This document shows, one piece after another, positions 52,101-64,000 of a stretch of 64,000 nt of DNA (position 1 is the first letter of the stretch; each line of letters opens with the position of its first letter). The DNA is from Eledone cirrhosa (taxonomy: Eukaryota), in NCBI GenBank assembly GCA_964016885.1, contig OZ024742.1:2356001-2420000 (forward strand). The letters are read 5' to 3'. The notes under the pieces are model-generated. The model was not told where the DNA came from. It saw nothing but the letters and a program-made list of their open reading frames with translations, and did no database searches. A program made the position numbers and the translations under genes.

Positions 52101-55100
52101 TCGTCTTAGTGAGGACATATGCCAAACATCTCAACTGTCGTCTTAGTGAGGACATATGGCAGACACCTCAACTGTCGTCTCAGTGAGGACATATGCCAGG
52201 CATATCAACTGTCGTCTTAGTGAGGACATATGCCAGACATCTCAACTGTCGTCTTAGTGAGGACATATGGCAGACACCTCAACTGTCGTCTTAGTGAGGA
52301 CATATGACAGACACCTCAACTGTCGTCTGAGTGGGGACATATGCCTGACACCTCAACTGTCGTCTGAGTGGGGACATATGCCTGACACCTCAACTGTCAT
52401 CTGAGTGGGGACATATGCCAGACACCTCACCTGTCGTCTTAGTGAGGACATATGCCAGACACCTCAACTGTCGTCTGAGTGGGGACATATGCCAGACACC
52501 TCAACTGTCGTCTGAGTGGGGACATATGCCTGACACCTCAACTGTCGTCTGAGTGGGGACATATGCCAGACACCTCACCTGTCGTCTTAGTGAGGACATA
52601 TGCCAGACACCTCAACTGTCGTCTGAGTGGGGACATATGCCAGACACCTCAACTGTCGTCTGAGTGGGGACATATGCCTGACACCTCAACTGTCGTCTGA
52701 GTGGGGACATATGCCAGACACCTCACCTGTCGTCTTAGTGAGGACATATGCCAGACACCTCAACTGTCGTCTGAGTGGGGACATATGCCAGACACCTCAA
52801 CTGTCGTCTGAGTGGGGACATATGCCTGACACCTCAACTGTCGTCTGAGTGGGGACATATGCCTGACACCTCAACTGTCGTCTGAGTGGGGACATATGCC
52901 TGACACCTCAACTGTCGTCTGAGTGGGGACATATGCCAGACACCTCAACTGTCGTCTGAGTGGGGACATATGCCAGACACCTCAACTGTCGTCTGAGTGG
53001 GGACATATGCCTGACACCTCAACTGTCGTCTGAGTGGGGACATATGCCAGACACCTCAACTATCGTCTTAGTGAGGACATATGCCAGACATCTCAACTGT
53101 CGTCTTAGTGAGGACATATGCCAGACACATCAACTATCGTCTTAGTGAGGACATATGCCAGACATCTCAACTGTCGTCTTAGTGAGGACATATGCCAGAC
53201 ACCTCAACTGTCGTCTTAGTGAGGACATATGCCAGACACCTCAACTGTCGTCTTAGTGAGGACATATGCCAAACATCTCAATTGTCGTCTTAGTGAGGAC
53301 ATATGCCAGACATCTCAACTGTCGTCTTGGTGAGGACATATGCCAGACACCTCAACTGTCGTCTTAGTGAGGACATATGCCAGACACCTCAACTGTCGTC
53401 TTAGTGAGGACATATGCCAGACATCTCAACTGTCGTCTTAGTGAGGACATATGCCAGACACCTCACCTGTCGTCTTAGTGAGCACATATGCCAGACACCT
53501 TAACTGTCGTCTTAGTGAGGACATATGCCAGGCATCGCAACTGTCGTCTTAGTGAGGACATATGCCAGGCATCTCAACTGTCGTCTTAGTGAGGACATAT
53601 GCCAGACATCTCAACTGTCGTCTTAGTGAGGACAAATGGCAGACACCTCAACTGTCGTCTTAGTGAGGACATATGCCAGACATCTCAACTCTCATCTTAG
53701 TGAGGACATATGCCAGGCATCTCAACTGTCGTCTTAGTGAGGACATATGCCAGGTATCTCAACTGTCGTCTTAGTGAGGACATATGCCAGCCATCTCAAC
53801 TGTCGTCTTAGTGAGGACATATGCCAGACATCTCAACTGTCGTCTTAGTGAGGACATATGCCAGACACCTCAACTGTCGTCTTGGTGAGGACATATGCCA
53901 GTCACCTCAACTGTCGTCTTAGTGAGGACATATGCCAGACACCTCAACTGTCGTCTTAGTGAGGACATATGCCAGACATCTCAACTGTCGTCTTAGTGAG
54001 GACATATGCCAGACATCTCAACTGTCGTCTTAGTGAGGACATATGCCAGACATCTCAACTGTCGTCTTGGTGAGGACATATGCCAGACACCTCAACTGTC
54101 GTCTTAGTGAGGACATATGCCAGACATCTCAACTGTCGTCTTAGTGAGGACATATGCCAGACACCTCAACTGTCGTCTTAGTGAGGACATATGCCAGACA
54201 CCTCAACTGTCGTCTTAGTGAGGACATATGCCAGACACCTCAACTGTCGTCTTAGTGAGGACATATGCCAGACACCTCAACTGTCGTCTTAGTGAGGACA
54301 TATGCCAGACACCTCACCTGTCGTCTTAGTGAGGACATATGCCAGACACCTTAACTGTCGTCTTAGTGAGGACATATGCCAGGCATCTCAACTGTCGTCT
54401 TAGTGAGGACAAATGGCAGACACCTCAACTGTCGTCATAGTGAGGACATATGCCAGACACCTCAACTGTCGTCTTAGTGAGGACATATGCCAGACACCTC
54501 AACTGTTGTCTTAGTGAGGACATATGCCAGACACCTCAACTGTCGTCTTAGTGAGGACATATGCCAGACATCTCAACTGTCGTCTTAGTGAGGACAAATG
54601 GCAGACACCTCAACTGTCGTCTTAGTGAGGACATATGCCAGACATCTCAACTCTCATCTTAGTGAGGACATATGCCAGGCATCTCAACTGTCGTCTTGGT
54701 GAGAACATATGCCAGGTATCTCAACTGTCGTCTTAGTGAGGACATATGCCAGACACCTCAACTGTCGTCTTTGTGAGGACATATGCCAGACATCTCAACT
54801 GTCGTCTTAGTGAGGACATATGCCAGACACCCCAACTGTCGTCTTAGTGAGGACATATGCCAGACATCTCAACTCTCATCTTAGTGAGGACATATGCCAG
54901 ACACTTCAACTGTCGTCTTAGTGAGGACATATGCCAGGCATCTCAACTGTCGTCTTAGTGAGGACAAATGGCAGACACCTCAACTGTCGTCATAGTGAGG
55001 ACATATGCCAGACACCTCAACTGTCGTCTTAGTGAGGACATATGCCAGACACCTCAACTGTTGTCTTAGTGAGGACATATGCCAGACACCTCAACTGTCG

Positions 55101-58100
55101 TCTTAGTGAGGACATATGCCAGACACCTCAACTCTCGTCTTAGTGAGGATATATGCCAGACATCTCAACTGTCGTCTTAGTGAGGACATATGCCAGACAC
55201 CTCAACTGTCGTCTTAGTGAGGACATATGCCAGACACCTCAACAGTCGTCTTAGTGAGGACATATGCCAGACACCTCAACAGTCGTCTTAGTGAGGACAT
55301 ATGCCAGACACCTCAACTGTCGTCTTAGTGAGGACATATGCCAGACACCTCAACTGTCGTCTTAGTGAGGACATATGGCAGACACCTCAACTGTCGTCTT
55401 AGTGAGGACATATGCCAGACACCTCAACTGTCGTCTGAGTGGGGACATATGCCAGACACCTCAACTGTCGTCTGAGTGGGGACATATGCCTGACACCTCA
55501 ACTGTCGTCTGAGTGGGGACATATGCCAGACACCTCACCTGTCGTCTTAGTGAGGACATATGCCAGACACCTCAACTGTCGTCTGAGTGGGGACATATGC
55601 CAGACACCTCAACTGTCGTCTGAGTGGGGACATATGCCTGACACCTCAACTGTCATCTGAGTGGGGACATATGCCAGACACCTCACCTGTCGTCTTAGTG
55701 AGGACATATGCCAGACACCTCAACTGTCGTCTGAGTGGGGACATATGCCAGACACCTCAACTGTCGTCTTAGTGAGGACATATGCCAGACACCTCAACAG
55801 TCGTCTTAGTGAGGACATATGCCAGACACCTCAACAGTCGTCTTAGTGAGGACATATGCCAGACACCTCAACTGTCGTCTTAGTGAGGACATATGCCAGA
55901 CACCTCAACTGTCGTCTTAGTGAGGACATATGGCAGACACCTCAACTGTCGTCTTAGTGAGGACATATGGCAGACACCTCAACTGTCGTCTTAGTGAGGA
56001 CATATGCCAGACATCTCAACTGTCGTCTTAGAGAGGACATATACCAGACACCTCAACTGTCGTCTTAGTGAGCACATATGCCAAACATCTCAACTGTCGT
56101 CTTAGTGAGGACATATGGCAGACACCTCAACTGTCGTCTTAGTGAGGACATATGCCAGGCATATCAACTGTCGTCTTAGTGAGGACATATGCCAGACATC
56201 TCAACTGTCGTCTTAGTGAGGACATATGGCAGACACCTCAACTGTCGTCTTAGTGAGGACATATGCCAGACATCTCAACTCTCATCTTAGTGAGGACATA
56301 TGCCAGGCATCTCAACTGTCGTCTTGGTGAGAACATATGCCAGGTATCTCAACTGTCGTCTTAGTGAGGACATATGCCAGACACCTCAACTGTCGTCTTT
56401 GTGAGGACATATGCCAGACATCTCAACTGTCGTCTTAGTGAGGACATATGCCAGACACCCCAACTGTCGTCTTAGTGAGGACATATGCCAGACATCTCAA
56501 CTCTCATCTTAGTGAGGACATATGCCAGACACTTCAACTGTCGTCTTAGTGAGGACATATGCCAGGCATCTCAACTGTCGTCTTAGTGAGGACAAATGGC
56601 AGACACCTCAACTGTCGTCATAGTGAGGACATATGCCAGACACCTCAACTGTCGTCTTAGTGAGGACATATGCCAGACACCTCAACTGTTGTCTTAGTGA
56701 GGACATATGCCAGACACCTCAACTGTCGTCTTAGTGAGGACATATGCCAGACACCTCAACTCTCGTCTTAGTGAGGATATATGCCAGACATCTCAACTGT
56801 CGTCTTAGTGAGGACATATGCCAGACACCTCAACTGTCGTCTTAGTGAGGACATATGCCAGACACCTCAACAGTCGTCTTAGTGAGGACATATGCCAGAC
56901 ACCTCAACAGTCGTCTTAGTGAGGACATATGCCAGACACCTCAACTGTCGTCTTAGTGAGGACATATGCCAGACACCTCAACTGTCGTCTTAGTGAGGAC
57001 ATATGGCAGACACCTCAACTGTCGTCTTAGTGAGGACATATGCCAGACACCTCAACTGTCGTCTGAGTGTGGACATATGCCAGACACCTCAACTGTCGTC
57101 TGAGTGGGGACATATGCCTGACACCTCAACTGTCGTCTGAGTGGGGACATATGCCAGACACCTCACCTGTCGTCTTAGTGAGGACATATGCCAGACACCT
57201 CAACTGTCGTCTGAGTGGGGACATATGCCAGACACCTCAACTGTCGTCTGAGTGGGGACATATGCCTGACACCTCAACTGTCATCTGAGTGGGGACATAT
57301 GCCAGACACCTCACCTGTCGTCTTAGTGAGGACATATGCCAGACACCTCAACTGTCGTCTGAGTGGGGACATATGCCAGACACCTCAACTGTCGTCTTAG
57401 TGAGGACATATGCCAGACACCTCAACAGTCGTCTTAGTGAGGACATATGCCAGACACCTCAACAGTCGTCTTAGTGAGGACATATGCCAGACACCTCAAC
57501 TGTCGTCTTAGTGAGGACATATGCCAGACACCTCAACTGTCGTCTTAGTGAGGACATATGGCAGACACCTCAACTGTCGTCTTAGTGAGGACATATGGCA
57601 GACACCTCAACTGTCGTCTTAGTGAGGACATATGCCAGACATCTCAACTGTCGTCTTAGAGAGGACATATACCAGACACCTCAACTGTCGTCTTAGTGAG
57701 GACATATGCCAAACATCTCAACTGTCGTCTTAGTGAGGACATATGGCAGACACCTCAACTGTCGTCTTAGTGAGGACATATGCCAGGCATATCAACTGTC
57801 GTCTTAGTGAGGACATATGCCAGACATCTCAACTGTCGTCTTAGTGAGGACATATGGCAGACACCTCAACTGTCGTCTTAGTGAGGACATATGCCAGACA
57901 CCTCAACTGTCGTCTGAGTGGGGACATATGCCTGACACCTCAACTGTCGTCTGAGTGGGGACATATGCCTGACACCTCAACTGTCATCTGAGTGGGGACA
58001 TATGCCAGACACCTCACCTGTCGTCTTAGTGAGGACATATGCCAGACACCTCAACTGTCGTCTGAGTGGGGACATATGCCAGACACCTCAACTGTCGTCT

Positions 58101-61100
58101 GAGTGGGGACATATGCCTGACACCTCAACTGTCGTCTGAGTGGGGACATATGCCAGACACCTCACCTGTCGTCTTAGTGAGGACATATGCCAGACACCTC
58201 AACTGTCGTCTGAGTGGGGACATATGCCAGACACCTCAACTGTCGTCTGAGTGGGGACATATGCCTGACACCTCAACTGTCGTCTGAGTGGGGACATATG
58301 CCAGACACCTCACCTGTCGTCTTAGTGAGGACATATGCCAGACACCTCAACTGTCGTCTGAGTGGGGACATATGCCAGACACCTCAACTGTCGTCTGAGT
58401 GGGGACATATGCCTGACACCTCAACTGTCGTCTGAGTGGGGACATATGCCTGACACCTCAACTGTCGTCTGAGTGGGGACATATGCCTGACACCTCAACT
58501 GTCGTCTGAGTGGGGACATATGCCAGACACCTCAACTGTCGTCTGAGTGGGGACATATGCCAGACACCTCAACTGTCGTCTGAGTGGGGACATATGCCTG
58601 ACACCTCAACTGTCGTCTGAGTGGGGACATATGCCAGACACCTCAACTATCGTCTTAGTGAGGACATATGCCAGACATCTCAACTGTCGTCTTAGTGAGG
58701 ACATATGCCAGACACATCAACTATCGTCTTAGTGAGGACATATGCCAGACATCTCAACTGTCGTCTTAGTGAGGACATATGCCAGACACCTCAACTGTCG
58801 TCTTAGTGAGGACATATGCCAGACACCTCAACTGCCGTCTGAGTGGGGACATATGCCTGACACCTCAACTGTCGTCTGAGTGGGGACATATGCCAGACAC
58901 CTCAACTGTCGTCTTAGTGAGGACATATGCCAGACACCTCAACTGTCGTCTTAGTGAGGACATATGCCAGACATCTCAATTGTCGTCTTAGTGAGGACAT
59001 ATGCCAGACATCTCAACTGTCGTCTTGGTGAGGACATATGCCAGACACCTCAACTGTCGTCTTAGTGAGGACATATGCCAGACACCTCAACTGTCGTCTT
59101 AGTGAGGACATATGCCAGACATCTCAACTGTCGTCTTAGTGAGGACATATGCCAGACACCTCACCTGTCGTCTTAGTGAGCACATATGCCAGACACCTTA
59201 ACTGTCGTCTTAGTGAGGACATATGCCAGGCATCGCAACTGTCGTCTTAGTGAGGACATATGCCAGGCATCTCAACTGTCGTCTTAGTGAGGACATATGC
59301 CAGACATCTCAACTGTCGTCTTAGTGAGGACAAATGGCAGACACCTCAACTGTCGTCTTAGTGAGGACATATGCCAGACATCTCAACTCTCATCTTAGTG
59401 AGGACATATGCCAGGCATCTCAACTGTCGTCTTAGTGAGGACATATGCCAGGTATCTCAACTGTCGTCTTAGTGAGGACATATGCCAGCCATCTCAACTG
59501 TCGTCTTAGTGAGGACATATGCCAGACATCTCAACTGTCGTCTTAGTGAGGACATATGCCAGACACCTCAACTGTCGTCTTGGTGAGGACATATGCCAGT
59601 CACCTCAACTGTCGTCTTAGTGAGGACATATGCCAGACACCTCAACTGTCGTCTTAGTGAGGACATATGCCAGACATCTCAACTGTCGTCTTAGTGAGGA
59701 CATATGCCAGACATCTCAACTGTCGTCTTAGTGAGGACATATGCCAGACATCTCAACTGTCGTCTTGGTGAGGACATATGCCAGACACCTCAACTGTCGT
59801 CTTAGTGAGGACATATGCCAGACATCTCAACTGTCGTCTTAGTGAGGACATATGCCAGACACCTCAACTGTCGTCTTAGTGAGGACATATGCCAGACACC
59901 TCAACTGTCGTCTTAGTGAGGACATATGCCAGACACCTCAACTGTCGTCTTAGTGAGGACATATGCCAGACACCTCAACTGTCGTCTTAGTGAGGACATA
60001 TGCCAGACACCTCACCTGTCGTCTTAGTGAGGACATATGCCAGACACCTTAACTGTCGTCTTAGTGAGGACATATGCCAGGCATCTCAACTGTCGTCTTA
60101 GTGAGGACATATGCCAGACATCTCAACTGTCGTCTTAGTGAGGACAAATGGCAGACACCTCAACTGTCGTCTTAGTGAGGACATATGCCAGACATCTCAA
60201 CTCTCATCTTAGTGAGGACATATGCCAGGCATCTCAACTGTCGTCTTGGTGAGAACATATGCCAGGTATCTCAACTGTCGTCTTAGTGAGGACATATGCC
60301 AGACACCTCAACTGTCGTCTTTGTGAGGACATATGCCAGACATCTCAACTGTCGTCTTAGTGAGGACATATGCCAGATACCCCAACTGTCGTCTTAGTGA
60401 GGACATATGCCAGACATCTCAACTCTCATCTTAGTGAGGACATATGCCAGACACTTCAACTGTCGTCTTAGTGAGGACATATGCCAGGCATCTCAACTGT
60501 CGTCTTAGTGAGGACAAATGGCAGACACCTCAACTGTCGTCATAGTGAGGACATATGCCAGACACCTCAACTGTCGTCTTAGTGAGGACATATGCCAGAC
60601 ACCTCAACTGTCGTCTTAGTGAGGACATATGCCAGACACCTCAACTGTCGTCTTAGTGAGGACATATGCCAGACACCTCAACTCTCGTCTTAGTGAGGAC
60701 ATATGCCAGACACCTCAACTGTCGTCTTAGTGAGGACATATGCCAGACACCTCAACAGTCGTCTTAGTGAGGACATATGCCAGACACCTCAACAGTCGTC
60801 TTAGTGAGGACATATGCCAGACACCTCAACTGTCGTCTTAGTGAGGACATATGCCAGACACCTCAACTGTCGTCTTAGTGAGGACATATGGCAGACACCT
60901 CAACTGTCGTCTTAGTGAGGACATATGCCAGACACCTCAACTGTCGTCTTAGTGAGGACATATACCAGACACCTCAACTGTCGTCTTAGTGAGGACATAA
61001 GCCAGACACCTCAACTGTGGTCTTAGTGAGGACATATGCCAGACACCTCAACAGTAGTCTTAGTGAGGACATATGCCAGACACCTCAACTGTCGTCTTAG

Positions 61101-63501
61101 TGAGGACATATGCCAGGCATATCAACTGTCGTCTTAGTGAGGACATATGCCAGGCATCTGAACTGTCGTCTTAGTGAGGACATATGCCAGACATCTCAAC
61201 TGTCGTCTTAGTGAGGACATATGCCAGACATCTCAACTCTCATCTTAGTGAGGACATATGCCAGACACCTCAACTGTCGTCTTAGTGAGGACATATGCCA
61301 GACATCTCAACTGTCGTCTTAGTGAGGACATATGCCAGACACCTCAACTGCGTCTTAGTGAGGACAAATGGCAGACACCTCAACTGTCGTCTTAGTGAGG
61401 ACATATGCCAGACACCTCAACTGTCGTCTTAGTGAGGACATATGCCAGACATCTCAACTGTCGTCTTAGTGAGGACAAATGGCAGACACCTCAACTGTCG
61501 TCTTAGTGAGGACAAATGGCAGACACCTCAACTGTCGTCTTAGTGAGGACATATGCCAGACACCTCAACTGTCGTCTTAGTGAGGACATATGCCAGACAC
61601 CTCAACTGTCGTCTTAGTGAGGACATATGCCAGGCATCTCAACTGTCGTCTTAGTGAGGACATATGCCAGACATCTCAACTGTCGTCTTAGTGAGGACAA
61701 ATGGCAGACACCTCAACTGTCGTCTTAGTGAGGACATATGCCAGACATCTCAACTCTCATCTTAGTGAGGACATATGCCAGGCATCTCAACTGTCGTCTT
61801 AGTGAGGACATATGCCAGGCATCTCAACTGTCGTCTTAGTGAGGACATATGCCAGGCATCTCAACTGTCGTCTTAGTGAGGACATATGCCAGACATCTCA
61901 ACTGTCGTCTTAGTGAGGACATATGCCAGACATCTCAACTCTCATCTTAGTGAGGACATATGCCAGGCATCTCAACTGTCGTCTTAGTGAGGACAAATGG
62001 CAGACACCTCAACTGTCGTCTTAGTGAGGACATATGCCAGACACCTCAACTGTCGTCTTAGTGAGGACATATGCCAGACACTTCAACTGTCGTCTTAGTG
62101 AGGACATATGCCAGGCATCTCAACTGTCGTCTTAGTGAGGACAAATGGCAGACACCTCAACTGTCGTCTTAGTGAGGACATATGCCAGACACCTCAACTG
62201 TCGTCTTAGTGAGGACATATGCCAGACACCTCAACTGTCGTCTTAGTGAGGACATATGCCAGACATCTCAACTGTCGTCTTAGTGAGGACATATGCCAGA
62301 CACCTCAACTGTCGTCTTAGTGAGGACATATGCCAGACACCTCAACTGTCGTCTTACTGAGGACATATGCCAGACACCTCACCTGTCGTCTTAGTGAGGA
62401 CATATGCCAGACACCTCAACTGTCGTCTGAGTGGGGACATATGCCAGACACCTCAACAGTCCTCTTACTGAGGACATATGCCAGACACCTCAACTGTCGT
62501 CTTACTGAGGACATATGCCAGACACCTCACCTGTCGTCTTAGTGAGGACATATGCCAGACACCTCACCTGTCGTCTTAGTGAGGACATATGTCAGACACC
62601 TTAACTGTCGTCTGAGTGGGGACATATGCCAGACACCTCAACTGTCGTCTTAGTGAGGACATATGCCAGGCATCTCAACTGTCGTCTTAGTGAGGACAAA
62701 TGGCAGACACCTCAACTGTCGTCTTAGTGAGGACATATGCCAGACATCTCAACTCTCATCTTAGTGAGGACATATGCCAGGCATCTCAACTGTCGTCTTA
62801 GTGAGGACATATGCCAGACACCTCAACTGTCGTCTTAGTGAGGACATATGCCAGACACCTCAACTGTCGTCTTAGTGAGGACATATGCCAGACACCTCAA
62901 CTGTCGTCTTAGTGAGGACATATGCCAGACACCTCACCTGTCGTCTTAGTGAGGACATATGTCAGACACCTTAACTGTCGTCTGAGTGGGGACATATGCC
63001 AGACACCTCAACTGTCGTCTTAGTGAGGACATATGCCAGGCATCTCAACTGTCGTCTTAGTGAGGACAAATGGCAGACACCTCAACTGTCATCTTAGTGA
63101 GGACATATGCCAGACACCTCAACTGTCGTCTTAGTGAGGACATATGCCAGACATCTCAACTGTCGTCTTAGTGAGGACATATGCCAGACATCTCAACTGT
63201 CGTCTTAGTGAGGACATATGCCAGACATCTCAACTGTCGTCTTAGTGAGGACATATGCCAGACATCTCAACTGTCGTCTTAGTGAGGACATATGCCAGAC
63301 ACCTCAACTGTCGTCTTAGTGAGGACATATGCCAGACATCTCAACTGTCGTCTTAGTGAGGACATATGCCAGACACCTCAACTGTCGTCTTAGTGAGGAC
63401 ATATGCCAGGCACCTCAACTGTCGTCTTAGTGAGGACATATGCCAGACACCTCAACTGTCGTCTTAGTGAGGACATATGCCAGACCTCTCAACTGTCGTC
63501 T
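49187..63501. repeat. 37-bp minisatellite array, ~387 units
   Basis: Consensus GAGGACATATGCCAGACACCTCAACTGTCGTCTTAGT, almost indel-free. A linked variant CTGAGTGGGG replaces CTTAGTGAGG in blocks. Confidence 0.97.
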
Positions 63502-64000
63502 CTAGATTTCTCTACCTCATTAGATTCTGACCAGGATGATGATGATGTGAGATATACAGGTGTAGGTGTGGTGTTGTTAGTGGTGATGATGGGTGATATA
63601 CAGGAGTATTTGTGATGTTGATGCTGAAGTTGATGATGATGATGGAAGATATACATGTGTAGTTGTGATGATGTTCTTCCTTTGCATCTTTTAGTGTGTC
63701 ATCCTGCATCCCAGCACAGTGTGGTTTATTTATGTGTGTATATGTGTGTAAGTGTGTGTGTGCGTGTATATGTGTGTAAGTGTGTGTGTGCGTGTATATG
63801 TGTAGGTGTGTGGGAAATATAAGATTTTGGAGATATTTTGGATGTCTAGGTGTTTAACCGTGATTCTATCTCGACACCAGGGTTTCATTAAGGGCTAATT
63901 AGGCCGGTGCTTATCCCGGTTTCCATGGACAGGACGCCAGTTAACCTCCAGTGACTACTGGTACTCATTTTCAGCTGAGTATACTGGAGCCATGTGAAAT

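Noticed and set aside
49187-63501. 37-bp repeat as a CRISPR array or repeat-protein gene
   Set aside because: No spacers. The unit length is not a multiple of 3 and stops occur regularly.

Overview
Eukaryotic, repeat-dominated animal DNA. The SINE families and (TA)n/(CATA)n load suggest an octopus/cephalopod (inference). One host gene is clear: the last four coding exons of a NUDT12-like NADH pyrophosphatase/deNADding Nudix hydrolase (join 197-912, 1634-1777, 1984-2135, 4031-4195, + strand), whose Nudix box is degenerate (REVLEQLNL). A possible promoter plus first exon of an LC3/ATG8-like gene lies at ~36.0-36.2 kb. Two large minisatellites fill about half the window: a 49-bp unit (17.7-34.6 kb, polar divergence gradient, internal inversion) and a 37-bp unit (49.2-63.5 kb, higher-order duplications). 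The rest is SINEs, RTE/CR1 LINE fragments, MITEs and Penelope-like elements (PLEs). The most interesting signal is a dense set of hammerhead-ribozyme (HHR) motifs, mostly at 36.8-48.5 kb. These include palindromic elements with one HHR on each strand and a non-coding tandem unit with two U3-A8 variant HHRs 592 nt apart (retrozyme/circRNA-like). All folds and alignments were read by eye; none was computed.
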